The position numbers and the translations under genes are program-made. The notes below the pieces were generated by a model. The model ran no database searches and was not told the origin of the DNA. It worked only from the letters and a program-made list of their open reading frames with translations. A DNA stretch of 64,000 bases. It comes from a virus. Shown piece by piece: positions 44,978 through 53,041 of the stretch; position 1 is the stretch's first letter, and every line of letters begins with the position of its first letter. The stretch lies in the IMG/VR virus record IMGVR_UViG_3300045988_087374, one strand, 5' to 3'.

Positions 44978-45600
44978 TCATACTTTTTTTGCGGCGGTGT
45001 AACGACGACCTACGGGTTAACAGCCCCACCGCCAAAGCTGTTATAACACATATAACACAATATTCCCGAAGCTGTCAAGAGAAAAATTATATTTTTTTGC
45101 ACTTGACTTTTGGTCTGACAGTGCGATATGCTTACACCAACGACGGCCGCCGGGAACTCATGGAGGGGTAGTGAACAGAAGCCAAGGTTAATTGAATACC
45201 GAAATCTATGCAGCCAGATCACGCCGGAGCAGTGCCGGAAGGTCTGGCTTTTTATGTACCTGATAGACCTATATATTATATATATTAATAGATTACCAGT
45301 ACAGTAATGTATGTTAATATCTTTTATACCCCTCCATAGATTCTCTAAGGTTAGAGTTGATTAATATAATATATTATATATATATTAATATATAGAGCAG
45401 TAGAAGATATATCAGAAATACCAGAAGGTAAAAAAAATATTATATAAAAAACTGTTGACAAAATTATAAAGAGTATGTAATGATAGTAGCAACTTAATAC
45501 AGATACAGATTTTACAAGAGATTTTTTACGATACATAGGATTAAGCTAGGTTAATTAGATCATTGGACTATTAACCTGTTTATTTTTATGTATTTTTTTA

Positions 45601-46320
45601 TTGTATAAAAGAAATGAGGTGAAAAAGGGGAGGACAACAGAAGAACTTCTGGAGAATTTTGAAGACGAAACAGAAAATCTATTGCGTGCGTTTTGCGAAA
45701 AATACAATATCGAGAGTCCGATGGAGATGAAACAGAATACTTTTGAAGCTGCCATGTCCTACGCTGGTGATCACATTTTCTTGAAACCGGATGGAGTGAC
45801 GCTAAAGTATAATCGCCAGACTATTGTTGATGCAGATAACGCTTTGCTTATAGAGTATATCTTAGATAGATATGAGCAGATATGCAAAATCTATAACAAA
45901 GAAGTTAATATACAAGGTTTTAGTAGATACATAAAAATCAGCGAACAAACCATGTATAACTGGTTAAACGGTGAGTATAAAACAAAGGTATATATAGATA
46001 CTGAGGGCAATGTTATAAAAGATATACAGGAATGGAAGTTGAATAAAAGGGGTGAATATAGGGAGATAACAAGCACCTCACACCTTGATTTAGTGAAAAA
46101 AATTAGGTTAATGGATGAACATTCCTTGTCAAATATCGGCATTGGCGACAGGAACAATACCGGCGTTGCAATGAAGCTAAACACTCAGTACGGATGGAAC
46201 GCACCAAACGGAAGAGGAGCGAATGAGGATACCGGAAAACCGAAACGCAGTGCACAGGAGATCGCGGAAAAGCACAGAGCAGCACTGGAACTTCCAGAGC
46301 CAGAGAGACCGGAGCTGTAA
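45601..46320 (+). CDS. putative terminase small subunit (HTH protein)
   Basis: GFSRYIKISEQTMYNWLNGE HTH and a C-terminal GVAMKLNTQYGWN resembling the TerS xxLKNxxGW motif. The start codon is uncertain (TTG 45601 or GTG 45619). Confidence 0.55.
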   Translation: MYKRNEVKKGRTTEELLENFEDETENLLRAFCEKYNIESPMEMKQNTFEAAMSYAGDHIFLKPDGVTLKYNRQTIVDADNALLIEYILDRYEQICKIYNKEVNIQGFSRYIKISEQTMYNWLNGEYKTKVYIDTEGNVIKDIQEWKLNKRGEYREITSTSHLDLVKKIRLMDEHSLSNIGIGDRNNTGVAMKLNTQYGWNAPNGRGANEDTGKPKRSAQEIAEKHRAALELPEPERPEL

Positions 46321-46525
46321 ATAGTGACACTGACCGAGCGCAAAACCTTGTAAAATGTACGCAAGGCACGAACAAAAAGCTACAAAAACATGAGATATAG
46401 CAATATTTGTACAATACATACAAATTACGCACTATAAATTGTGCATGATGTATAATAATCTATAAAGAAAACGTGAGTTTGTCTTATAGATACGTATGTT
46501 CGATAAGAAACGGCATGACAATTCT

Positions 46526-46680
46526 CCTTGGCTACTGCCGAAGGCATCCGAAGACTAGCGTTTGAACCGGGTCGGCGGGAACCCATGGGGCAGAGGGCCG
46601 CCCGGTTAGCGTGATACCTGGACAGACCCAGGGAGGGGGTATATATAACACCCCACAACCGCCTAATGGGTTGCCCAAGG
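46526..46680 (+). ncRNA. candidate structured RNA (GC-rich island in a 500-nt ORF-free leader)
   Basis: Closing pairing CCTTGGC/GCCCAAGG. An 11-bp helix AACCGGG(T)CGGC/GCCGCCCGGTT (46565-46607). Hairpins CCTGG/CCAGG and GGGGT/ACCCC. TATAAT at 46453-46458 upstream. Confidence 0.4.
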
Positions 46681-46823
46681 ATTCCAAAAAAACAAAAAGA
46701 CCCATTTTACATTCATTTCCTCAACATGGCAGAGATAGTGATTGCAACACGACAAGCGGTAAGCCTTAACCGTTTCTCTGCCAACACTAAATAAGGCAGT
46801 ACCAAGAAAGGCAGGTATAAAAC

Positions 46824-47213
46824 ATGAAGATAGGGTATGCAAGGGAATCTGGATTATGGTTCCCGTTGGAAGCAAAGAAAAAGATACTTTTGAACGAAGA
46901 AATTGACTCGTTTATTTTCGATTTGGCAGATGAAAATAATAATTTTGAACTTCTTTGTGAAAACATGAAAAAGGGTGATTCATTAATTATTTGCGGAGTT
47001 GATGATATCGGAAATACCAAGAATGAAATTGAAGAAGCATGGAGACGGCTTTGTAATTTGAATATTGAAATCTATGTGCTCACAGCTCCGACGTTGTTTT
47101 ACAGTGAAAGCATGACGCTAGAACAATCGTTTATAAGAGATGTGACACGTAGTGTACTTGCTTCTCAGGTTGAAATTGCTAATCAGAAATTAAAAGCAAT
47201 AAACGATTTGTGA
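46824..47213 (+). CDS. resolvase-catalytic-domain-only protein, probably inactive
   Basis: MKIGYARESG keeps the Ser position, but LDRLGR is replaced by VDDIGN. No DNA-binding domain. Confidence 0.7.
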   Translation: MKIGYARESGLWFPLEAKKKILLNEEIDSFIFDLADENNNFELLCENMKKGDSLIICGVDDIGNTKNEIEEAWRRLCNLNIEIYVLTAPTLFYSESMTLEQSFIRDVTRSVLASQVEIANQKLKAINDL

Positions 47214-47247
47214 TAACTGATAATATTCGCAGAAAGGTAGGCATAAG

Positions 47248-47460
47248 ATGGAGAAAATAGTAAACAACGACGGATATCTTCGGTCAAGGTTGATGGATAT
47301 GGCGCAACATCTTTTGAATATTTGTAACGAAACCGGAAATTCAAATATTCAACTTATGACATCATCTTTGGAGAATGGGAAAGGTATTACGCTTCTGGCT
47401 AAAGCCGATGACAAACCGATTCTTTCTGTAAAAATGGATACTGCCTATGAAAAAGTATAA
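47248..47460 (+). CDS. hypothetical protein
   Basis: 70-aa ORF. Confidence 0.55.
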   Translation: MEKIVNNDGYLRSRLMDMAQHLLNICNETGNSNIQLMTSSLENGKGITLLAKADDKPILSVKMDTAYEKV

Positions 47461-47596
47461 CCCACAGGGCGAATCAATCCGGATCCGGCTGCCGTACCAG
47501 TTAGAGTGCAAACTCATATCTGAGAAGAACCGAACCGGCAAAAGCGTGTCGCAGATCACCCGTGAAGCACTGGCAGAATATTTTCGAAAGAGGTAG
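47447..47596 (+). CDS. ribbon-helix-helix (CopG/Arc-like) protein
   Basis: MKKYNPQGESIRIRLPYQLECKLISEKNRTGKSVSQITREALAEYFRKR. Below the track cut-off. Confidence 0.5.
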   Translation: MKKYNPQGESIRIRLPYQLECKLISEKNRTGKSVSQITREALAEYFRKR

Positions 47597-47662
47597 GTAA
47601 ATGTCGATACTCGAAAAATTTTTCAAAATACAAAAAGGCGGTTTTGGAAAGGAATAAAACGA

Positions 47663-48058
47663 ATGAATAGAAATGAAAAAGCTTATTATGCGTACGTAGA
47701 AAACGGAAAAGCGGTTATCACCGAAGAAAAACCGGATTTTAATAAAATAAAAAATTACACGATGGTAAAAGCCGACAGAATCGAATGTGTTATCGGTGGC
47801 AAGAAAATCCAGGATGAATTACCACTTCCAGATGAACCGATTGACGTAGCAACAAAACTTATCCAAGCAACTGTCACGGCAAAGATACCGAAATACGGAG
47901 TCCTGTATCCGGTTCTGGAGGCAGAAAGTATTGAGATTCCAAAATACGATGTTATCCAGCTTCAGAAGATTGCAGAGCATCTTCTGGCGTATTGCAAAGC
48001 ACAGGAAAGGGGATGCAAAGATGGCTGTTGTGAAAATTATAAATCCGAGTCCGTATGA
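47663..48058 (+). CDS. hypothetical protein
   Basis: 131-aa ORF. Confidence 0.65.
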   Translation: MNRNEKAYYAYVENGKAVITEEKPDFNKIKNYTMVKADRIECVIGGKKIQDELPLPDEPIDVATKLIQATVTAKIPKYGVLYPVLEAESIEIPKYDVIQLQKIAEHLLAYCKAQERGCKDGCCENYKSESV

Positions 48059-48404
48059 CTGGAGGGGGACACAGTACTTTATTGATGGACATGAAGTACC
48101 GAGAGTAAAGTCTGTTGATTTCCATGTTTTGGTTGATGAAGTTCCGATATTTAATTTTGAAATGATGTCGGCACCTGATATAGAAATGGAGTGCCTGGCA
48201 CAAATTAGTTTCACTTCTCAATCAATTACTGATGCAATTTCAGTTTTAAGACACGAACTGTTGCAACGCGGGGAAATTTACCACGGCTTCAAAGCAAGCC
48301 TAAAATCGGCTTTAGAGCATTACAATTACTGTGGATTGCCATTTGAGCCGAAAGATGATGTTGCCAGAAAGATTCTCGATTTCATGATAGGAGAAGAAAA
48401 ATGA
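48021..48404 (+). CDS. hypothetical protein
   Basis: Start moved to MAVVKIINPS (AGGGGATG...ATG). Confidence 0.6.
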   Translation: MAVVKIINPSPYDWRGTQYFIDGHEVPRVKSVDFHVLVDEVPIFNFEMMSAPDIEMECLAQISFTSQSITDAISVLRHELLQRGEIYHGFKASLKSALEHYNYCGLPFEPKDDVARKILDFMIGEEK

Positions 48405-48580
48405 GATTACCATTAACAATCATTGCTGTAGCAATCAACATAATAGTGTTCACAACGTTGGCTGCATTCCTCGTGACGCAAATTAGCGAGCAGAAAACAC
48501 CGATGCTTTCTACTTTCTTCTTTGCACTGATGGAATTAGGACTTATTCTAAATACCATATTAATTTGCACAGCGAGGTGA
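48401..48580 (+). CDS. 59-aa two-TM membrane protein
   Basis: MRLPLTIIAVAINIIVFTTLAAFLV...FFFALMELGLILNTILI. ATGA overlap. Confidence 0.5.
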   Translation: MRLPLTIIAVAINIIVFTTLAAFLVTQISEQKTPMLSTFFFALMELGLILNTILICTAR

Positions 48581-48845
48581 AATATGCTTTTAGCATTTCC
48601 GATGTGGATTATCCCGTATCTCATCATAGAGCGGGTTAAACCAATAGAAAAACCTATTTGCATTTGCAGGCAATGCCCTTATGTAAAGCGGTATGCCAGC
48701 AAACGATCCATGCATCCGACATAGTGGGGAATTCAAACCGTTCAATTTTATAGCTTATTAAGATGCAAAAAAAATACCCCATATGATGTGTCACACACGA
48801 TTCCCGCCGTATTTTGAGATGGTGCTTTCTACGGCGGGAACTTAC

Positions 48846-48917
48846 AGGGCTATCACCAAAAGGTAAGGTAACGGGCTTTGATCCCGTCATGTGTGGGTTC
48901 GAATCCCACTAGCCCCG
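48846..48917 (+). tRNA. tRNA-Gln (anticodon UUG)
   Basis: Hand-folded: anticodon arm ACGGG-CTTTGAT-CCCGT, T arm GTGGG-TTCGAAT-CCCAC, acceptor AGGGCTA/TAGCCCC with an A1.C72 mismatch, 3-bp D stem. Confidence 0.75.
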
Positions 48918-48963
48918 CTTGCCAAGATTTTTGGCACTTATGTTTTCTTTTTTTCACCTCGTT

Positions 48964-49016
48964 ACCATCTAGCTCAACGGAGCTGATTAAAGGGACTTCA
49001 AATGTCCCGGATGGTT
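48964..49016 (+). ncRNA. tRNA-like element lacking an anticodon arm
   Basis: Acceptor ACCATCT/GGATGGT, hairpin GCTC-AACG-GAGC, 8-nt linker, T arm GGGAC-TTCAAAT-GTCCC. Confidence 0.5.
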
Positions 49017-49124
49017 TTCTCGGATCATAGCAGGAGGTGCTTATCGAGAGCCTTTGTTGCGACTGGTGGTTAAGAATCGCAACAGCAGACGCATTGTTGC
49101 TGACAGCCTACAATGTGCTGCTCA

Positions 49125-49198
49125 GGAAATTTAGTTCAGTTGGTCAGAACGTCCGGCTCATAACCGGAAAGTCCAGGGTTCGAGTCCCTGAATTTCCA
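49125..49198 (+). tRNA. tRNA-Met or Ile2 (anticodon CAU)
   Basis: Perfect cloverleaf: GGAAATT/AATTTCC acceptor, D arm GTTC-AGTTGGTCA-GAAC, TCCGG-CTCATAA-CCGGA, T arm CAGGG-TTCGAGT-CCCTG. Confidence 0.9.
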
Positions 49199-49559
49199 TC
49201 TCTTTCCTGAATGCCATTCGTACCGTAAAACGAATGGAAAAAACTTGCCGATTGAGCGTTTTGGCAATGTCTGTACGAGTGCGATACGGCGTAGCTTGTG
49301 CAAGGGATTGCTTTTCCGGTCGGCGTGCATCTCGGAGTAGTAATGTTTGGTGTAACGTGCACTTGGCATGGTGAGTTTTCAAGAGATGCAGTCTTCAAAA
49401 GACATACGTATACAGAATCCTAAACAACTCCGTGGAGCATACCACGGTTACCAAAAAGCCGTCAGGTTGGCAAAAATACGATAGTCCAAGTTATGAAAAA
49501 TTGCCTAGTGGAACGCATAACACGAAAAAATCATTGCTAACCCGGGGTGTCCGGGTTGA

Positions 49560-49630
49560 CGCAGGATGGAGTATAGGTAACTCGCGGGCCTCCTTAGCCC
49601 GAAAGGGTGGTTCAATTCCGCCTCCTGCAA
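49560..49630 (+). tRNA. tRNA-Arg (anticodon CCU)
   Basis: D arm GAGT-ATAGGTA-ACTC, CGGGC-CTCCTTA-GCCCG, T arm GGTGG-TTCAATT-CCGCC, acceptor with a C1.A72 mismatch. Confidence 0.8.
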
Positions 49631-49844
49631 TTTGCCAAGAGAAACAAGGTGTCCCAGCCCTTACAACTTGGGTGGGCGGTTTAATTCCGCAAGTCGGCAG
49701 TTCCGGCAGATACTCCTCTAGCAAAAGGTTATTGCTATCCTGTTTATCGGTTTTCGGTTCAAAAAGCAAGTTCTCAATTTTCTCTCTGTGGTGTGAAAAT
49801 CAACCCAAACACTTAAATAAAGTGTTTGACCGTTACAGGCGGTA

Positions 49845-49916
49845 CGGAATGTAGCTCAGTGGTAGAGCAATGGCTTTGTAAGCTATGTGCCGCAAGTTCG
49901 ATTCTTGCCTTTCCGA
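49845..49916 (+). tRNA. tRNA-Thr (anticodon UGU)
   Basis: D arm GCTC-AGTGGTA-GAGC, ATGGC-TTTGTAA-GCTAT, T arm GCAAG-TTCGATT-CTTGC. One U.U mismatch in the acceptor. Confidence 0.8.
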
Positions 49917-49917
49917 T

Positions 49918-50035
49918 TCCATATAGTGGCGGAATACGTAGACGCTATTGTGGTAGCATAGGTTTGAACCCACAACTTAGGTGACCTTAGCCGGCGGCAT
50001 GAGAGTAAAAGGGTGGAAATCCCCTCCTATATGGA
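49918..50035 (+). ncRNA. oversized tRNA-like element (class-II D arm, no canonical anticodon or T arm)
   Basis: 9-bp closing stem TCCATATAG/CTATATGGA, D-arm string GTGGCGGAATACGTAGACGC, internal 6-bp TTGTGG/CCACAA helix. Confidence 0.4.
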
Positions 50036-50066
50036 CGTTTGATGCATTGAGTGATAATGCTCTGAT

Positions 50067-50203
50067 TGAAAAGTGGCGGAACTATTGACGGTGATGAATC
50101 CGATACAATAGAAAGGCAGACGCAGAGGATAGTACATCGTAATGGGTGAGTATGTGTCTTTGGACATGGGATGTACATGGAAGTTCGAACCTTCCCTTTT
50201 CAG
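50067..50203 (+). ncRNA. oversized tRNA-like element with a D-loop insertion hairpin
   Basis: Acceptor TGAAAAG/CTTTTCA. GTGGCGGAAC-[CTATTG...CAATAG hairpin]-AAGGCAGACGC. 7-bp GTACATC/GATGTAC arm. Consensus T arm GGAAG-TTCGAAC-CTTCC. Confidence 0.45.
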
Positions 50204-50255
50204 CTCCTACGAATTGCCATCGTAGGAATAAATTACTCCTAAGGTATAGTTTGGT

Positions 50256-50308
50256 TTCCAGTACTCCACGTTGGGTGGCTAGTTACGGTTCAAGTCCGTG
50301 TACTGGAA
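50256..50308 (+). ncRNA. tRNA-like element lacking an anticodon arm
   Basis: 8-bp TTCCAGTA/TACTGGAA, D-like CCAC-GTTGG-GTGG, 5-nt linker, T arm TACGG-TTCAAGT-CCGTG, then TTTTT. Confidence 0.5.
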
Positions 50309-50330
50309 TTTTTGTTTAAGGAGGTGGCTT

Positions 50331-50501
50331 GTGGAAGAAAAAGATTATTGTTGTACATGCAAATGGTATGCACTGGAAGAAGGCGTTTGCTGTAATGGCG
50401 ACAGTGAACATTGCGCGGATTTTAGATTACTTGATGATAGCTGTGAATGTTGGGAGGGTGTTGAAGATGAGAAAACAGGAGATAATTTACATCGCAGTTG
50501 A
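50331..50501 (+). CDS. 57-aa Cys-rich protein
   Basis: GTG 6 nt after AAGGAGG. VEEKDYCCTCKWYALEEGVCCNGDSEHCADFRLLDDSCECWEG. Confidence 0.5.
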   Translation: MEEKDYCCTCKWYALEEGVCCNGDSEHCADFRLLDDSCECWEGVEDEKTGDNLHRS

Positions 50502-50838
50502 CAATAAAGATGCTAATTGGTTTTTAAATGAACTGTGCGAAGTTGGAAGAATAACAGATCCTTACCTGCGTGTCGATAGGAGAAAGAAAACGATTGAAAC
50601 CAGTAATTGCAAAGTAATAGCAGTTTCTCTTTCAGGTTGTTACACATTTGCTCCGATATCACCTATAGATTTTTACCTGTATAGTAGCAAGCCTATTACA
50701 ACACAATTAGAATTGATAAAAAATAGATACAACGAACTGAAAACAATAGAGATGCATTTGTCGACATTTGCAACAAAAATAGATATGAAAATATTAATTA
50801 ATATTTTGAATGGTGTAGAAGATGAAGATAATGGGTAA
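50467..50838 (+). CDS. hypothetical protein
   Basis: Start moved to MRKQEIIYIAV (GGGAGGG SD). The 5' part of track ORF 50329 is probably not translated. Confidence 0.6.
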   Translation: MRKQEIIYIAVDNKDANWFLNELCEVGRITDPYLRVDRRKKTIETSNCKVIAVSLSGCYTFAPISPIDFYLYSSKPITTQLELIKNRYNELKTIEMHLSTFATKIDMKILINILNGVEDEDNG

Positions 50839-50983
50839 AGAAATCAATGATGAATGTTCCAAGTGCGGGAATATCCTTGAATGTGAATTGTTTCGACAGG
50901 GGCACGGAATAAAACAGGAACGTGAGAATGTAGCAAAGATGATCGAGTGTCAGATGAAGCACAGGGAGGACAGGGAGAAATGA
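50831..50983 (+). CDS. 50-aa Cys-containing protein
   Basis: MGKEINDECSKCGNILECELF... Overlapping start and stop. Confidence 0.4.
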   Translation: MGKEINDECSKCGNILECELFRQGHGIKQERENVAKMIECQMKHREDREK

Positions 50984-51267
50984 AAGAAATTATGGAAAAT
51001 AATTTATCGTTGCGAGACAAATGTAAATGTCCATTTTGCGGAGGAACAGTAATTAATACAGGACTGGATTTCTTTGGTGGTGACGTAGGTGCCGCAGGCT
51101 TGAGAACTGATGCAGAATGGATTTGTACAAACTGCAAAACTGAATTTAATAGTGAGTTTTATCTCAGATCTGATAGGATTGAGACGATTTATAACGCAAA
51201 GGTCACATTACTTGATAAAAAAGATTGTCAACCTAACATTCTTGGAGAATTAGATAATGATAGATGA
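50980..51267 (+). CDS. zinc-ribbon protein
   Basis: Start at MKEIMENN (GGGAGGACAGGGAGAA upstream). CKCPFCGG...CTNCK. Confidence 0.6.
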   Translation: MKEIMENNLSLRDKCKCPFCGGTVINTGLDFFGGDVGAAGLRTDAEWICTNCKTEFNSEFYLRSDRIETIYNAKVTLLDKKDCQPNILGELDNDR

Positions 51268-51282
51268 ATATGGAGATATAAA

Positions 51283-51492
51283 ATGATTAAAATATTAAAA
51301 CCAGGAACAAAAAAAGAAGCAACTTGTGACAAGTGCGGTGCGTTATTGAGTTATGATGAAAATGAAGATGTGAAAGAGGAATGCATAGAAAAAAAGTTTG
51401 CTACAAATATGCCATCTGGATATGGAATTAAGCAGAAATACATCATATGCCCGCAGTGTAAGAATAAAATAATTACGTGGTCTACAAGATAG
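51283..51492 (+). CDS. zinc-ribbon protein
   Basis: CDKCGA...CPQCKN. Confidence 0.6.
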   Translation: MIKILKPGTKKEATCDKCGALLSYDENEDVKEECIEKKFATNMPSGYGIKQKYIICPQCKNKIITWSTR

Positions 51493-51504
51493 GAGCGAAT
51501 TGCC

Positions 51505-51744
51505 ATGATTAAAAAACTCTGTAATCTCTACATAAAACATAAGACAAAAAATCTCACGAGGATTCCGTTGTTCACAATGATGTTTGACTGGAAGAAGTTC
51601 CAAGAGGGTGGGAAGAAAGGAAGTTGCTTACTGTATGTAATTCATCCAGACATCGCAAACGATCTGGTTCTGCGTAAGAAGCTGTGCGACTGCGCGGACT
51701 ATATCCGTGACAATTACGATATGGAAAATTTTACAAAAATTTAG
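51505..51744 (+). CDS. hypothetical protein
   Basis: 79-aa ORF. Confidence 0.55.
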   Translation: MIKKLCNLYIKHKTKNLTRIPLFTMMFDWKKFQEGGKKGSCLLYVIHPDIANDLVLRKKLCDCADYIRDNYDMENFTKI

Positions 51745-51760
51745 CGTGAGGGAATTTCAG

Positions 51761-51961
51761 GTGAATGGTGTTGAAAACAAAAGAATTTTGGAATTGAAAA
51801 AGGAAAATAAAAGACTTGTAGCAAAAAACAAAGAACTCGAAGAAAAACTCGAAAAAACCAATTCGATTGTTATGGCATATACAAATGAGTTGCAAACCAG
51901 AGAAGTTATAAAAGGTGTTTGGGAGACACAATGCTTGCCCAATATTCATGGAGCAAGCTGA
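51761..51961 (+). CDS. coiled-coil protein
   Basis: GTG 7 nt after GAGGGA. ELKKENKRLVAKNKELEEKLEK. Confidence 0.5.
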   Translation: MNGVENKRILELKKENKRLVAKNKELEEKLEKTNSIVMAYTNELQTREVIKGVWETQCLPNIHGAS

Positions 51962-51962
51962 T

Positions 51963-52238
51963 ATGGGAGTGAAAGATGAATTGAATCGGTTCTTTATAGG
52001 AGAAAAAGAGATAGATACATCAGGAATACCGGAGTTCCCGGGAGATTTGATTAAGTATTCGCTGCAATCTGTCGGAAAAGAGCTTGAATTTAGGACGGAA
52101 TTTGAATTGCCGAAGGAAATTTTTTATTCATTGTTTTTCTCGAACCGGATAAGCCAAAATAATTTCCGTAAAATACATGGAATCCCCAAAAAGCGCAAGA
52201 TTGCAGGACGAAGAGGAGTGAGGAAGCATGAAAGATAA
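51963..52238 (+). CDS. hypothetical protein with basic C-terminal tail (paralogue pair, member 1)
   Basis: ...NNFRKIHGIPKKRKIAGRRGVRKHER. Confidence 0.55.
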   Translation: MGVKDELNRFFIGEKEIDTSGIPEFPGDLIKYSLQSVGKELEFRTEFELPKEIFYSLFFSNRISQNNFRKIHGIPKKRKIAGRRGVRKHER

Positions 52239-52518
52239 TGCATATTTATTTAGCAGCCATTGGATAGAAGCCGTTCAAAGCCTATATCTTTCTTCAGGAG
52301 TGTTTAAAACATGTATTACTTCATATAAAAACAATTATCTTAAAATGCACGGAAAACACAAAATAAGACAGGTCGCTGGAAGAAAGAGAAAAAGAAAATT
52401 TAGTAATCAATTCAGTAAAAATGCAAAGAATAAAATGAGAATTTATCTCAAACGGAAACATAAAGGTATTAAGCATAAAAAGAATAGGAGAAATAATGAG
52501 CATCAAATCAGCATTTGA
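52228..52518 (+). CDS. hypothetical protein with basic C-terminal tail (paralogue pair, member 2)
   Basis: ...NNYLKMHGKHKIRQVAGRKRKRKF... then a Lys/Arg-rich tail. Confidence 0.55.
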   Translation: MKDNAYLFSSHWIEAVQSLYLSSGVFKTCITSYKNNYLKMHGKHKIRQVAGRKRKRKFSNQFSKNAKNKMRIYLKRKHKGIKHKKNRRNNEHQISI

Positions 52519-52729
52519 ATCTGAGGGGATAGATTTCTCTCAGGTAATGAACCCACCGGAGCCGTGGGACGGACGGGCATTAATAAAGAACATCAATGGC
52601 AAGGACTACGCTTGCTGCCCTTTCTGTCAGAAGAAAGCACTTCTGATTAGTTCAGATACAAAAATTCAACATCTTAAATTGAAGTGCAAGGGTAGTAACT
52701 GCAAGAAAGAGTTCGAGGTGAATGTATGA
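52496..52729 (+). CDS. Mu Com-like zinc-finger protein
   Basis: CCPFCQKKALLISSDTKIQHLKLKCKGSNCKKEFEV. Confidence 0.55.
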   Translation: MSIKSAFESEGIDFSQVMNPPEPWDGRALIKNINGKDYACCPFCQKKALLISSDTKIQHLKLKCKGSNCKKEFEVNV

Positions 52730-53037
52730 AATATGGTGTAGTGAATTATCCCATTAAGATTATTGATGAAGAAATCATTAATGCACTGGCAGACATTGAA
52801 ATACATCATGAAGAAGATAAACGAATTGTTTTGGTAGAATGCGTCATGAATTATACAGAACTTCCAGAAGAATGCGTTCTTGAAATTGGATATCTTAAAA
52901 GAAAATTCAAACTCATGCATATCGACTCAGCTACAACAGAATTTGGAATCTATAAACTTAAATTTATGTTTGAGCGAGCAGAAGATATAAATAAAAAAGA
53001 TGAGTGGTGGGATTCACTTAGAAGCATTGTGAGGTGA
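52726..53037 (+). CDS. hypothetical protein
   Basis: 103-aa ORF, overlapping start. Confidence 0.6.
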   Translation: MKYGVVNYPIKIIDEEIINALADIEIHHEEDKRIVLVECVMNYTELPEECVLEIGYLKRKFKLMHIDSATTEFGIYKLKFMFERAEDINKKDEWWDSLRSIVR

Positions 53038-53041
53038 ATGT

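Noticed and set aside
49136-50178. Track ORFs inside the tRNA region (49136-49398 minus, 49432-49854 plus, 49491-49769 minus, 49987-50178 minus)
   Set aside because: They run across canonical tRNA genes and hairpins, lack SD sequences, and have implausible composition.
50298-50466. 5' part of track ORF 50329-50838 (MWKKKIIVVHANG...)
   Set aside because: The AAGGAGG site is correctly spaced for GTG 50331 in the other frame (a Cys-rich 57-aa protein). The long frame has its own GGGAGGG plus ATG at 50467.
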